Notes: generated by a model not told the origin, from the sequence alone. A stretch of 64,000 bases of DNA from an uncultured Actinomycetota bacterium (GCA_963743915.1 CAVURN010000002.1:512001-576000); one strand, 5' to 3'. Shown: positions 12,092 through 22,459, counted from the first letter of the stretch. Translations and numbers: made by a program.

Positions 12092-12933
12092 GTCAGGTCT
12101 CCGATCCGCGTGTTGCCCTGGTTCTGGGCGTCGGTGTTGGGACGTTCGGTGTCGAGCTCACCGGTCTGCCCTGCGGCCCGGAGCTCCTCCATCTTGGCGT
12201 CGAACGTCTCCTGGTCGACCACCTCGACCCAGAAGAGCATCTGCGAGTGGTAGGTGCCGCACATCTCGGCGCACTTGCCGTGGAACCGACCCTCTTCGGT
12301 CGGGGTGACCTCGAAGCGGTTCGCACGTCCGGGGACGACGTCCATCTTCATCAGGAAGGACGGGATCCAGAAGGAGTGGATGACGTCGGGGGACGTCAGC
12401 ACGAACTGCACCTTCTGGTCCACCGGGAGGTACAGCGTGGGCAGGTCGCTCGGGGAGCCGGACTCGTAGACGCCCTCGTCGGTGTAGTTGAAAGCCCAGT
12501 TCCACTGGTAGCCGACGACGTTGATGGTCTGCGCCTGGTCGTTCTTCACCTCGGTGATGATCTCCGTGTCACGGATGGTGAAGACGGCGAACACCGCGAT
12601 GACGATCAGCGGCGTGACGGTGTACAGCACCTCGATGGGGACGTTGTACCGCGTCTGCTTGGGGATCTCGTCGTCGCGCCGGCGGCGGTAGAACCAGGCC
12701 GCACCGAGCATGAGCGCCCACGTGATGGCACCGATGATCCAGAGGGCGAGCCAGGTGCCCTGCCACAGGTGGAAGATGCGGTCGGCGTGGTCGGACGCCG
12801 GGTCAGGGATCGAGATCTGGTTGGGCATGTCTTCGACCGAGCAGCTGGTCAGCACCAGCGCGGACAGACCGGCCAGACCACTTGCGGCAACCCGACGGCG
12901 TCGACGGAGGTCGACAGTGCGAGCAGACGTCAC
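12088..12933 (-). CDS. ctaC: Cytochrome c oxidase subunit II
   Basis: Lipobox LTSC; GYQWNW, DVIHSFW, CuA motif [12 protein letters not shown]. Confidence 0.96.
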   Translation of the reverse strand: MTSARTVDLRRRRRVAASGLAGLSALVLTSCSVEDMPNQISIPDPASDHADRIFHLWQGTWLALWIIGAITWALMLGAAWFYRRRRDDEIPKQTRYNVPIEVLYTVTPLIVIAVFAVFTIRDTEIITEVKNDQAQTINVVGYQWNWAFNYTDEGVYESGSPSDLPTLYLPVDQKVQFVLTSPDVIHSFWIPSFLMKMDVVPGRANRFEVTPTEEGRFHGKCAEMCGTYHSQMLFWVEVVDQETFDAKMEELRAAGQTGELDTERPNTDAQNQGNTRIGDLT

Positions 12934-13101
12934 GGGCGGGCTTTCCCCTCGGGCAAGGCCCCGGCTGGCCGGGGCGGACGAAAGCGACGTTGGCGGCTAC
13001 ACGCTAGCGCAGGTCAGGGGCCTGTTGCAGGGTGGGGCGGACACCGGTGAGCCCGTGTCGGAACCGCGTCCAAGCGCCCTCCGGGACAGCGTCGGAGGTG
13101 A

Positions 13102-13833
13102 TCAGTCACGGTCCGGTAACGAGCCTTCGGCCGACCCCCTCCAGAGCCGCGGGAGCGGCTCGTCCAGGGCCCGTGCCAGCCGGCGCCGGTACTCGGCGCG
13201 CGGCACCGCGACGGCGCCCAGCGAGGCCAGGTGGCCCGTCACCCACTGCACGTCGAGCAGTCGCCCGACCTGGTCCTCGGAGAGCACCTCGACGAGGCGC
13301 ACCAGGGCCACCTTGGACGCGTCCGGCACGCGGTAGAACATCGACTCCCCGGCGAACAGCCCTCCGATGGCGACGCCGTACAGGCCGCCCACCAGATGGT
13401 CGTCCTGCCAGGTCTCGACGCTGTGCGCCCACCCCAGCTCGTGCAGGCGCAGGTAGGCGTCTCGGATCTCGTCGTTGATCCACTGCCCCTCCGGCCCGCG
13501 GTCGGCGCAGCCGTCGAGGACGGCCTCGAACTGCTGGTCGACCGTGGTGCGCAGGCGCCGGGTGGACCGGCGCAACGACCGGCTCACCACCAGCTGGTCG
13601 AGCGGCAGGACGCCGCGCTCGACCGGGGACCACCAGCCCAGCGCCTGGCGGCGGTCGCCCTGCTCGTCGTCGAAGGTGACGTGCATCGGGAAGAGCCCGG
13701 TGCGGTAGGCGGTGAGCAGGGTGCCCGGGGCGAGATCGGCACCGAGGCCGACGAGGTCCTCCCCCTCCAGCCCCGCCGGAAGCCGGTCGAGGTCGGGCAG
13801 CACCCAGGGGCTGGGCTCAGGCTCGACGGGCAC
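13102..13833 (-). CDS. aat: Leucyl/phenylalanyl-tRNA--protein transferase
   Basis: GADLAPGTLLTAYRTGLFPM, WWSP, GWAHSVETW, GGLYGV, FAGESMF, DASKVAL. Confidence 0.93.
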   Translation of the reverse strand: MPVEPEPSPWVLPDLDRLPAGLEGEDLVGLGADLAPGTLLTAYRTGLFPMHVTFDDEQGDRRQALGWWSPVERGVLPLDQLVVSRSLRRSTRRLRTTVDQQFEAVLDGCADRGPEGQWINDEIRDAYLRLHELGWAHSVETWQDDHLVGGLYGVAIGGLFAGESMFYRVPDASKVALVRLVEVLSEDQVGRLLDVQWVTGHLASLGAVAVPRAEYRRRLARALDEPLPRLWRGSAEGSLPDRD

Positions 13834-13845
13834 GGCTGCCGGACG

Positions 13846-14850
13846 TCAGAGCCGCAGCCAGTGGGCGTCAAGGTCGGCGGCGGCCCCCGCGCCGTACGCG
13901 TCGGCGAAGCGTGCAAGGAACCCGGCCCGGTCGAACCGGTACTCCTGGGTGCCCACGGTCTCGACCACGTAGGTGGCCAGCAGGCACCCCACCTGAGCCG
14001 AACGTTCCAGGTCGACTCCCCACCCGAGGCCGGCCAGGAACCCCGCACGGAAGGCGTCCCCCACCCCGGTGGGGTCGGCCACGCGCTCCTCGCGGGGAAC
14101 GGTGACGTCGATGGTGGGCTGCCCGACGCGTTCGACACGGGCGCCCTTCTTGCCGAGGGTCGTCACGCGCAGGCGGACGCGCCGGAGCGTCTCCTCCGAC
14201 GTCCAACCGGTGCGCTGCTCGATGAGAGCCGACTCGTACTCGTTGCTGAACAGGACGGTGGCCCCGTCGATGAGGGCGACCGCGTCGTCACCGGACAGGC
14301 TGCTCAGCTGTTGCGACGGGTCGGCCGCGAACGGCAGACCGCGATGACGGCACTCCTGGGTGTGGTTGAGCATCGCCGACGGGTCGTCGGCGCCGACGAT
14401 CACCAGCCCCACTCCACCCGCCCGTTCGAGGACGGGACCGAGCTCGATCTCGCGCGCCATCGACATCGCCCCCGGGTAGAACGAGGCGATCTGGTTCTGG
14501 TCCGCGTCGGTGGTGCAGACGAAACGGGCGGTGTGGTGCTCGTCGCTGACGTGCACACCGTCGGTGTCCACGCCGTGCCGTCCCAGCCATGACCGGTAGT
14601 CGTCGAAGTCGTCGCCGACCCCGGCCACCAGCAGGGGTTGCAGGCCCAACATGCCGAGACCGAAGGCGATGTTCGCCCCGACACCCCCGCGTCGCACCTC
14701 GAGGTGGTCGACCAGGAACGAGACGGACAGCGTGCTCAGCTTGTCGGGGATGAGGGCGTCGGAGAAGCGACCGGGAAAGGTCATGAGGTGGTCGGTGGCC
14801 ACCGAGCCGGTCACCGCGATCCGGCCCACCTCGAGTCCGTGGTCGGACAT
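13846..14850 (-). CDS. adoK: PfkB-family carbohydrate kinase, probable adenosine kinase
   Basis: VTGSVATDHLM, SVSFLVD, GGVGANIA, DPTGVGDAFRAG; syntenic with ctaC/iscA as in other actinomycetes. Confidence 0.88.
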   Translation of the reverse strand: MSDHGLEVGRIAVTGSVATDHLMTFPGRFSDALIPDKLSTLSVSFLVDHLEVRRGGVGANIAFGLGMLGLQPLLVAGVGDDFDDYRSWLGRHGVDTDGVHVSDEHHTARFVCTTDADQNQIASFYPGAMSMAREIELGPVLERAGGVGLVIVGADDPSAMLNHTQECRHRGLPFAADPSQQLSSLSGDDAVALIDGATVLFSNEYESALIEQRTGWTSEETLRRVRLRVTTLGKKGARVERVGQPTIDVTVPREERVADPTGVGDAFRAGFLAGLGWGVDLERSAQVGCLLATYVVETVGTQEYRFDRAGFLARFADAYGAGAAADLDAHWLRL

Positions 14851-14885
14851 GCGTACCTGTTACGCGCTCAGCCGGTCCCGGCCCG

Positions 14886-15251
14886 TCAGCTGAAGGAGTC
14901 GCCGCAGGCGCAGGAGCCGGTGGCGTTCGGGTTGTCGATGGTGAAGCCCTGCTTCTCGATCGTGTCGACGAAGTCGATCGTGGCGCCGCCGAGGTAGGGG
15001 ACGCTCATGCGGTCGATGACGAGCGAGAAGCCGTCGTAGGCGTGGACGTCGTCGCCGTCCAGCGAGCGGTCGTCGAAGAAGAGCTGGTAGCGGAGCCCCG
15101 AGCAGCCACCGGGCTGCACCGCGATGCGCAGGGACAGGTCGGTGCGCCCCTCCTGCTCGAGCAGGGCCTTGACCTTGGAGGCGGCACCGTCGGTGAGGGT
15201 CACGCCGGTGACGGCCTCAGTGGCGGTGGTGGCGTCGTTCTGAACGGTCAT
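14886..15251 (-). CDS. erpA: Fe-S cluster insertion protein (HesB/IscA/ErpA)
   Basis: LRIAVQPGGCSGLRY, NPNATGSCACGDSF. Confidence 0.92.
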   Translation of the reverse strand: MTVQNDATTATEAVTGVTLTDGAASKVKALLEQEGRTDLSLRIAVQPGGCSGLRYQLFFDDRSLDGDDVHAYDGFSLVIDRMSVPYLGGATIDFVDTIEKQGFTIDNPNATGSCACGDSFS

Positions 15252-15369
15252 GGCGGGCGGTCTCCTCGGTGGTCGAGCGCTCGGTCGGGCGGTCACTGGC
15301 GCAACGCGGTTCGGGCGTGGCGTCATTCCCATGGTGGCACACCGGAAGGTCAGCGGCCGACTCTGGCGC

Positions 15370-16392
15370 TCAGGCGGGCCGCCAGGCTCCGGCCACCGCG
15401 CGCGCCAGCGTCCGTAGGGAGTCGGCCGCCTGCTCAACGGCACGCTCGGGCCCGAACCGCTCGTCCAGGGCGTGGATCTCGTCGAGGCCCGCGGCCGCCG
15501 CCTCCCGCCGCCCCACCTGACAGCTGCCCACGAGGGCGACGCAGGGGCGTGCGGCCGCCTGAGCGGTGCGGGCGACCTCGGCCACCACCTTGCCGCGCAG
15601 CGACGAGAAGTCGAGGCGCCCCTCCCCAGTGATGACCAGGTCGGAGGCGTGCACGAGGGCCGGCAGACCCACCGCCTCCGCCACCAGCGCCGCCCCGCTC
15701 ACCCGTCGCCCCCCGATCCGCAGCAGCCCGTAGGCCAGCCCGCCGCCCGCGCCTGCGCCCGGGGTGGAGGGGTCGACGCTGCCGCTGCTCGCCCATGCCG
15801 TCAGTCGGCGCTCGAGCGCCTCCACCTCCGGGTCACTGGCCCCCTTCTGCGGAGCGAAGGACCGCGCCGCCCCCGCTGGACCGAGCAGCGGGGACTCCAC
15901 GTCGGTCGCCACCACCAGCTCGACCCCGGGTGGCCAGCGCCCCGCGAACGCCTCGGCCACCGGTCTGCCGCCGTCGGTGGACGCCGTACCACCGACACCG
16001 ACGACGATCCGGCTTGCTCCGGATGCCAGCGCGGCCTCCAGCAGCGGCACCACGCCTGCCGTCGACGCCGCGACCGGTCGCCGTGGGTGCGGGGCCAGGT
16101 GCAGCCCGCACGCCTGGGCGGCCTCGACGTAGGCGCAGCGGACGGTGTCCTCCACGACCAGCAACTGAGCCGACGCCGGCTCACCGTGCGGTCCGGTGAC
16201 CGGGACGACCTGCGGGGGTGTCCGCCTGACCGCGGCGAGCGCGGCCAGAAAGCCGGGACCGCCATCGGCCATAGGTGCGAGCACCACCTCATCGGACGCC
16301 GCCACGTCGTGCCATCCGGCCTGGACCGCCTCGGCCGCCTCGAGGGCGGTCAGGGTCCCTGCGAACTTGTCGGGGGCGACGACGACGCGCAT
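15370..16392 (-). CDS. Glycerate kinase
   Basis: [48 protein letters not shown]. Confidence 0.9.
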   Translation of the reverse strand: MRVVVAPDKFAGTLTALEAAEAVQAGWHDVAASDEVVLAPMADGGPGFLAALAAVRRTPPQVVPVTGPHGEPASAQLLVVEDTVRCAYVEAAQACGLHLAPHPRRPVAASTAGVVPLLEAALASGASRIVVGVGGTASTDGGRPVAEAFAGRWPPGVELVVATDVESPLLGPAGAARSFAPQKGASDPEVEALERRLTAWASSGSVDPSTPGAGAGGGLAYGLLRIGGRRVSGAALVAEAVGLPALVHASDLVITGEGRLDFSSLRGKVVAEVARTAQAAARPCVALVGSCQVGRREAAAAGLDEIHALDERFGPERAVEQAADSLRTLARAVAGAWRPA

Positions 16393-16396
16393 GGCG

Positions 16397-17960
16397 CTAC
16401 GCGTCGCCGAGCGTGTCCTCGGGATCACGGTGCACGATCCGCTTGGTGGTCAGCGTCGCATCGTCGGAGGTCAGGCACTTGCCGCTGTCGATGTCGTACT
16501 GCCAACCGTGCAGCTGGCAGGTGAGGACGTTGCCCTCGACCTCCCCGAACCGCGCGAGGTCGGCACCGAGGTGCGGGCAGTGCCGTTGCACGAGGTGGTC
16601 GCCGAACCGCCACATCTCGTGCGACTCGCGGTCGGTCTCGAGCCAGTCCTCGACATAGACCGCGTGGTCGGGCGAGAGCGACTTGAACCAGGTGTAGACC
16701 TGCTCGTTGTACGGGCCCTTGCGTCGAGCGCGGAACCGACAGGACAGGAAGAGCTCGTTCACCCAGTCCGCGAGCCGCCGCTCGACGCAGTGCCGCACCA
16801 GGCGGTCCTCGATGGTCAGGGTGTAGCGGCACTCCTGGCCGTCGAACGGCACCACCACCTGGTCGACGAAGTCGGCCACGATCTCCTCGTGCTCGGTGCG
16901 CAGCAGGATCCGGTCGCCGAGCCGCCCGCACAGCGTCGGCATCTGCTGCATCAGCGGCTCCCACCACTCCTTGATCTGCGGGAGAAGGGGGGTCGTCCGT
17001 CGTCGCCCAGCCCAGCTTTCGGGTCTCGCGGTCCGCCTTGGTCCGCGCCGCGTACGAGGTGAGGTACTCGCGCTTGTGGGTGAAGGGATGGAGCGTCTCC
17101 TCGTCGGAGGCAGCATGCGTCACGACCGGTGCGGCGGCCGCCCGGTCGAGCTCGACGGTGGTGCCGGTCGAGACGAAGAGCGCGTTGTCGACGCCCAACG
17201 ACGACAGGTAGTCGATGAAGGCACGCTGGTCGGGAAAGACGTTGCCCTTCTGCCCGAAGTCGTTGATCGCGAAGAGGTCGTCGTCGAGGAACGCGGGCGG
17301 GCCGGAGTTCGGCAGGATCCAACGAGCCCCGACCGCCTCGGCAAAGCGCCGCGCACGGTCCATGCCGTTGGTGCGCTTGCGCTCGCCGAGCCCCTCCTTC
17401 ACGTGCTCGGGCAGCTCGTAGACCATCGGGAACCAGATCGCCCCCGAGTACTGCAGCGAGTGCCCGTCGTAGCGACCGAACTGGACGATCGGCTCGAGGT
17501 CGGTCGGTCGGCAGTCGTTCTGGTTCAGGAAGGCCGCCGTCCCGTCGTCCACGGCAAGACAGGAGTCGCCGAGCGGGCCGTCGTTAGGTGCGGTCATCGC
17601 GACCACCATCAACGTCAGCCCGTCGTGCTCGAAGGGCTCGGCGTTGACGGTGCTGATGAACCGGTGGAAGCCCAGACCCTCGAGCGCGTCCCGAAGGTCA
17701 CTGACGCCATAGTCGGGCAGGAGCACGGTGGTGTCCTTGTCCATCCAGCGCGAAAGCCACTCGGGGTCGTAGTGGTCGAGGTGCAGGTGGGACACGTAGA
17801 GGTAGTCCGAGCGGCCCAGCTCCGCCATGTCGAGCCCGTCGTTGGCGGGGAACGGGTACCACGACGCGAAGTACGCCGGCGTGAACCACGGATCGCACAG
17901 GATCGAGCCGTGCGCGGTCTCGATGTGGAGGCCGGCGTGACCGATGGACGTGACGCGCAT
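16397..17960 (-). CDS. namH: MBL-fold + C-terminal Rieske protein, NamH/Rv3818-like UDP-MurNAc hydroxylase; frameshift ~16990
   Basis: MRVTSIGHAG..ILCDPW..AYFASWYPFP..SHLHLDH, QYSGAIWFPMVY; C-terminal Rieske CPHLGADL..CQLHGW; recalled close resemblance to M. tuberculosis Rv3818. Confidence 0.8.
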
Positions 17961-18076
17961 GCGGTTCCTTCCCCGAGGCGAGCGGCCCTCCCAGCCTAGG
18001 GTCGGCGACCACGGGGCGGACCGGGCCGATGGTCCCCTGCGTGCGGGACCGACGCGTCCGCGTCTAGCCTGGGGGT

Positions 18077-18694
18077 GTGTTGTTCCGCCGCACCAACCCC
18101 CCGCTCGAGCAGGCACAGCCTGCCGACGAGTCGCCGACGCCCGGCGGCAAGGGTCGGCCGACGCCGAAGCGCAGCGAGTCCGAGGCCGCACGCCGGCAGA
18201 AGATGGCGCCGCCGAAGGACAAGCGGGAGGCCCGCACCCGGATGAAGGCGGAGCGCGCGAAGGAGCGTCAGCTGGTGACCGACGCGCTGAAGGCCGGTGA
18301 CGAGCGGCACTACCCGCTCCGCGACCAGGGCAAGGCTCGGCACATCGCCCGCAACTGGGTCGACGGACGGCGCAACATCGGCGAGTTCTTCTGGCCCATC
18401 GTGATCGCCGCGCTGGTGATGCTCTTCCTGCCGATCCCGACCCTCCAGCAGGGATCCACCGCGGTGCTGCTCGCGTTCTACATCCTGATCAGCGCTGACA
18501 CGGCGTGGTCGCTGCTCGGACTGCGCAGCGCACTGGCACGCGAGGTTCCCGAGAAGGAGCAGCGCCGCGGCGCGCTCCCCTACGCGTTCGGACGCTCGAT
18601 CCAGTCACGCAAGCGGCGCATGCCGCCGCCGAAGGTGGAGCGCGGCTGGACCCGCCGCTTCGCACGCGGCCAGGTGGACGCGGTCGTGAACTGA
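18077..18694 (+). CDS. DUF3043 membrane protein
   Basis: GKGRPTPKR, GDERHYP.RDQG..WVD.RRN, R.P.PKV.RG; conserved position near cobU locus. Confidence 0.88.
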   Translation: MLFRRTNPPLEQAQPADESPTPGGKGRPTPKRSESEAARRQKMAPPKDKREARTRMKAERAKERQLVTDALKAGDERHYPLRDQGKARHIARNWVDGRRNIGEFFWPIVIAALVMLFLPIPTLQQGSTAVLLAFYILISADTAWSLLGLRSALAREVPEKEQRRGALPYAFGRSIQSRKRRMPPPKVERGWTRRFARGQVDAVVN

Positions 18695-18704
18695 CCTCCG
18701 GGCG

Positions 18705-19715
18705 TCAGGGAGTGGCCGGGCCCTCCCCCGCACCGGACGCGGCGATCGCCGCCGCCACCGTCGCCAGGTCGTCCGCGTCGTAGACGAACGTCGCGGCGTC
18801 CAGCCAGCCGTCCACCTGCTCGGCGCTGCGCGCCCCCACGATCGCGCCGGTGACTCCGGGCCAGGCCAACGTCCAGGCCGCGGCTGCCGCGGGTCGGCTG
18901 ACCCCCTGCCGCTCAGCCACCTCGCCGATGGCGTCAGCCACCCGCAGGTTCGCCGCGAGATGCGTCGTGAAGTCGTCATCGCTCTTGCGCCAGTCGTCGT
19001 CCGGCAGGGACGCGACGCGCTCGGCAGAGAAGGCACCGGTCAACAGCCCCGCCTGCATCGGCGAGTAGACGATCACGCCGGTCTCGTGCTGCACGCACCA
19101 CGGCAACAGGTCGGCCCCCGCACGACGGTCGATCGCTGAGAACGGCGGTTGCAGGGTGTCGACGTGTCCCACAGACTCCGCCCTGTCCAGCTCGTCGGTG
19201 TCGAAGTTGGAGACCCCCACGGCCCGGTACAGGCCCTCCTGCTTCATGTCGAGGAGCGCCTGCCAGTACACCTCGACGTCGGTGTCGTCCTCTGCCGGCC
19301 AGTGCATCTGCATGAGGTCCACCGTGTCGGTCCCCACCCGTCGCAACGAGGCAAGCACCTGCTCGCGGAGCACCTTCGGGTCGCCGGTCGACAGGGGTTC
19401 CTCGGTGCGGACCTCCGGCTCGACCGGGCCGCACTTGGTGAACACGTAGGGGCGGTCGGCCTCGGAGAACACCGAAAGGGCTTCGCGCACGACCTCCTCG
19501 CTGTGTCCGTAGCCGTAGACCCAGGCGGTGTCGATCCAGTTGACGCCGCGCTCCACGGCGCGACGGATCGCCGCGATGGACGCGGCGTCGTCCTGCGGCC
19601 CCCAGCCGCCGGACCAGCCGGTACCACCCACCGCCCAGGCACCGAAACCGACGCGGGTGATGTTCATTCCGGTACGTCCGAAGGGCACCGTGGGCAAGGA
19701 GGTGTTCATGGCCAT
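18705..19715 (-). CDS. Aldo/keto reductase
   Basis: GFGAWAVGG, WIDTAWVYG.GHSE, DLMQMHWP, VGVSNF, YSPMQAGLL, AIVGAR. Confidence 0.92.
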   Translation of the reverse strand: MAMNTSLPTVPFGRTGMNITRVGFGAWAVGGTGWSGGWGPQDDAASIAAIRRAVERGVNWIDTAWVYGYGHSEEVVREALSVFSEADRPYVFTKCGPVEPEVRTEEPLSTGDPKVLREQVLASLRRVGTDTVDLMQMHWPAEDDTDVEVYWQALLDMKQEGLYRAVGVSNFDTDELDRAESVGHVDTLQPPFSAIDRRAGADLLPWCVQHETGVIVYSPMQAGLLTGAFSAERVASLPDDDWRKSDDDFTTHLAANLRVADAIGEVAERQGVSRPAAAAAWTLAWPGVTGAIVGARSAEQVDGWLDAATFVYDADDLATVAAAIAASGAGEGPATP

Positions 19716-19746
19716 AGGCGGATCCTGGCACGCCTACTGTGAGCGC

Positions 19747-20106
19747 GTGACTGCGGTGCTGCTCGCCCCCCGATTCATGCTCGAGCTTGCCTTGCTCACC
19801 GCGCTCGCCGTGGCCGGATGGCGCCTGCCGGACGCGAGGTGGGCCCAGGTCGCCCTCGCAGTGGCGCTTCCTGTCGCTGCCGCCGTCCTGTGGGGACTCG
19901 TCGTGTCGCCCAAGGCTCGGGCCGGCGCACCGCTGACCGTGCGGCTGGCCGTCGAGATCGCCCTGTTCGCCACTGCGTCCGCTCTGCTCTGGGCGACGGG
20001 TTCGGAGGCCGCAGCCATCACGTTGGCCGTGGCGGAGACCGTCGTGCTCGGCGCGCTCCTCGTCACGGGCAACCCGCCGGGGCCACCATCCGCCGGTGCC
20101 GACTGA
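19747..20106 (+). CDS. YrdB/DUF2568-family small membrane protein
   Basis: RFMLELALL..WG..SPKA..RLAVEIALF; TACTGT 6 nt before GTG. Confidence 0.78.
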   Translation: MTAVLLAPRFMLELALLTALAVAGWRLPDARWAQVALAVALPVAAAVLWGLVVSPKARAGAPLTVRLAVEIALFATASALLWATGSEAAAITLAVAETVVLGALLVTGNPPGPPSAGAD

Positions 20107-20888
20107 TGGCGCCGGCCGAGGAGCCCCCTGCCGTTCCCGCGGACATCGTCGCCCTCACCGCCGGATCCGAGCTCGAGCTCGTCTGGCACAACGATCTCGG
20201 CGGCCTCACCTACCGCTTCCACTCGGACGCCGGTGAGCGGTACGTCAAGTGGGTGCACGCCGGCTCAGGTATCCCGACAGCGGAGGAGGCCGCCCGACTG
20301 CGCTGGGCGGCACCCTTTGCCACGGTGCCGCCCGTCGTCGACGTCGGGTCGTCGCCGGAGGGCAGCTGGCTGGTGACCGAGGCCCTCACCGGTCGCAGCG
20401 CGGTCGACGATCGATGGATGGCCGACCCGCGGACTGCCGTCGTCGCCATCGGCGAGGGGCTCGCCGCCCTCCACGAGCAGCTGCCGTACGACTGGTGTCC
20501 CTTCGACTGGACGACGGCCGGACGCCTCGAGCGGCACCTGGCCGTGGCGGGTCCGTTCGACCGCACCCACTGGAACGAGGAGCACCTGCCACTGACGGAC
20601 GCCGAGGTCGTCGCGCGGCTGAAGGATGCGCCCGACCCGGACCCGGTGGTCTGCCACGGCGACCCGTGCGCGCCGAACACGCTCATCGGCGACGACGGTC
20701 GGTGGTCCGGCCATGTCGACTTCGACGAGCTGGGGCGCGGTGACCGCTGGGCCGACCTCGCCGTCGCCGCGTGGAGCACGGAGTGGAACTACGGTCCGGG
20801 GTGGGACGACCTGCTCATCCGCGCCTACGGCGTCCAGCCGGACCCCGAGCTCGCGGCCTACTACCGCTTGCTGTGGGATCTCGGCTGA
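20106..20888 (+). CDS. Aminoglycoside 3'-phosphotransferase-family protein (Rv3817-like)
   Basis: VWHNDLGGLT, RLRWA, CPFDW, VCHGDPCAPNTLI, GHVDF..GDRWADLA, YYRLLW; ATG overlaps upstream stop. Confidence 0.88.
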   Translation: MAPAEEPPAVPADIVALTAGSELELVWHNDLGGLTYRFHSDAGERYVKWVHAGSGIPTAEEAARLRWAAPFATVPPVVDVGSSPEGSWLVTEALTGRSAVDDRWMADPRTAVVAIGEGLAALHEQLPYDWCPFDWTTAGRLERHLAVAGPFDRTHWNEEHLPLTDAEVVARLKDAPDPDPVVCHGDPCAPNTLIGDDGRWSGHVDFDELGRGDRWADLAVAAWSTEWNYGPGWDDLLIRAYGVQPDPELAAYYRLLWDLG

Positions 20889-20910
20889 GCACCGAGTCCG
20901 GCGCGGTCCG

Positions 20911-21234
20911 TCAGGATCCCGGTGGCCGGTACGCCACGGTCTTGCCCATCGCTGCGTCGATCTCGCTGGGATCGACGAGCACCACCGTCTCGTAGCTGCT
21001 GATGGCTGCTGACGAACCGACCGTCGCAGCGATGGCCATCGCCGTCGCCTGGTCGGGGACCTCGGCGATGACATACACGTCGTCCGCGCCGAACGCGAAG
21101 TAGAACGACTCGAGCGAACCGCCGAGACCTGCCAGGAGCTTTTCGATGGCCGCCACGCGACTCGTGCCGCCTTCGGTCATGACGCCCTTGATGCCCTCAG
21201 CGCTGTACGAGACCTTCAACAGGTACTTGGCCAT
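20911..21234 (-). CDS. GYD-domain protein
   Basis: MAKYLLKVSYSAEGIKG, GGSLESFYFAFGADDV, YRPPG. Confidence 0.85.
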   Translation of the reverse strand: MAKYLLKVSYSAEGIKGVMTEGGTSRVAAIEKLLAGLGGSLESFYFAFGADDVYVIAEVPDQATAMAIAATVGSSAAISSYETVVLVDPSEIDAAMGKTVAYRPPGS

Positions 21235-21367
21235 GGTTGGCCTCCTCGTGCTGGAAAGCCTCATCAAAGGGCTGGGCCACCACGCGGGTCAAGGGCTCGC
21301 GGCCGTGACGGATTCCGTCCAGGGAGCCCTGCCTTAGGTGCGTCATACCGCGAGTTAGGGTCGAGCC

Positions 21368-22366
21368 ATGGAGCATCGACGTCTTGGCCGCAGCGGCCTG
21401 AAGATCAGCGAGATCACCTACGGCAACTGGCTCACCCACGGTGCGCAGATCGACCAGGAGACCGCCACGGCCTGCGTCCACGCGGCGCTGAACGAGGGGA
21501 TCACGACCTTCGACACCGCCGACGTCTACGCGTGGGGCAAGGCGGAGTCGGCGCTCGGCGTCGCCCTCAAGGGACAGCGTCGTGAGGGCCTGGAGATCTT
21601 CACGAAGGTCTACTGGCCGACCGGGCACGGCGTGAACGACCGTGGGTTGTCGCGAAAGCACATCATGGAGTCGTGCCACGCCTCGTTGAAGCGGCTCGGC
21701 ACTGACTACATCGACCTCTACCAGGCGCACCGCTACGACTACGAGACTCCTCTCGATGAGGTGCTGTCCGCCTTCGACGACCTCATCCGTCAGGGCAAGG
21801 TGCTGTACGTCGGTGTCTCGGAGTGGAAGGCGGGACAGATCCACGAGGCCGTGCGGATGCAGCGCGAGCTCGGCTACGACCGCTTCGTGTCCAGTCAGCC
21901 CGAGTACTCGATGCTCTGGCGCGTGATCGAGGCCGAGGTCGTGCCCACGAGTCGAGAGCTCGGCCTCTCGCAGATCGTCTGGTCACCGATGGCGCAGGGT
22001 GTGTTGACCGGCAAGTACCTCCCGGGTCAGCAGCACCCCCAGGGCAGCCGGGCCACGACGTCCGACGGCGCCGAGATGATGGAGGACTACCTCACCGACG
22101 ACATCCTCACCCGGGTGCAGCAGCTCAAGCCCCTTGCCGCGGAGGCGGGCCTCAGCATGGCGCAGCTGGCCATCGCCTGGGTGCTGCAGAACGACAACGT
22201 CGCCGCTGCACTCGTCGGGGCGTCCCGTCCCGAACAGGTGAAGGACAACGCGGGCGCATCCGGCGTCCGACTCGAGCCGGAGCTGATGAAGCGCATCGAC
22301 GAGGTCCTCGGCGACGTCGTCGAGCGCGACCCGTCCAAGACCGAGAGTCCCGACCCTCGCGCCTGA
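21368..22366 (+). CDS. Aldo/keto reductase (Kv-beta-like)
   Basis: LGRSGLKISEITYGNWLTHG, FDTADVY, GLSRKHI, DLYQAHRYD, WSPMAQGVLTGKY. Confidence 0.93.
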   Translation: MEHRRLGRSGLKISEITYGNWLTHGAQIDQETATACVHAALNEGITTFDTADVYAWGKAESALGVALKGQRREGLEIFTKVYWPTGHGVNDRGLSRKHIMESCHASLKRLGTDYIDLYQAHRYDYETPLDEVLSAFDDLIRQGKVLYVGVSEWKAGQIHEAVRMQRELGYDRFVSSQPEYSMLWRVIEAEVVPTSRELGLSQIVWSPMAQGVLTGKYLPGQQHPQGSRATTSDGAEMMEDYLTDDILTRVQQLKPLAAEAGLSMAQLAIAWVLQNDNVAAALVGASRPEQVKDNAGASGVRLEPELMKRIDEVLGDVVERDPSKTESPDPRA

Positions 22367-22374
22367 CTGCTGTT

Positions 22375-22448
22375 CGGTGATCGGAGCATCTTCGTCATTC
22401 TGGACGCCGGATTCGCGGGCGCCGATGACGGAAATGCTCCGATCACCG
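22375..22448. terminator. Long imperfect inverted repeat between convergent genes (bidirectional terminator / REP-like)
   Basis: cggtgatcggagcat-c-ttcgtcat ... atgacgga-a-atgctccgatcaccg. Confidence 0.65.
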
Positions 22449-22459
22449 CAGGTGTGGGC

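Noticed and set aside
20106-20888. Acquired mobile aminoglycoside-resistance cassette
   Set aside because: Host-like GC and codon style, no IS or integron nearby; resistance phenotype cannot be inferred from sequence.
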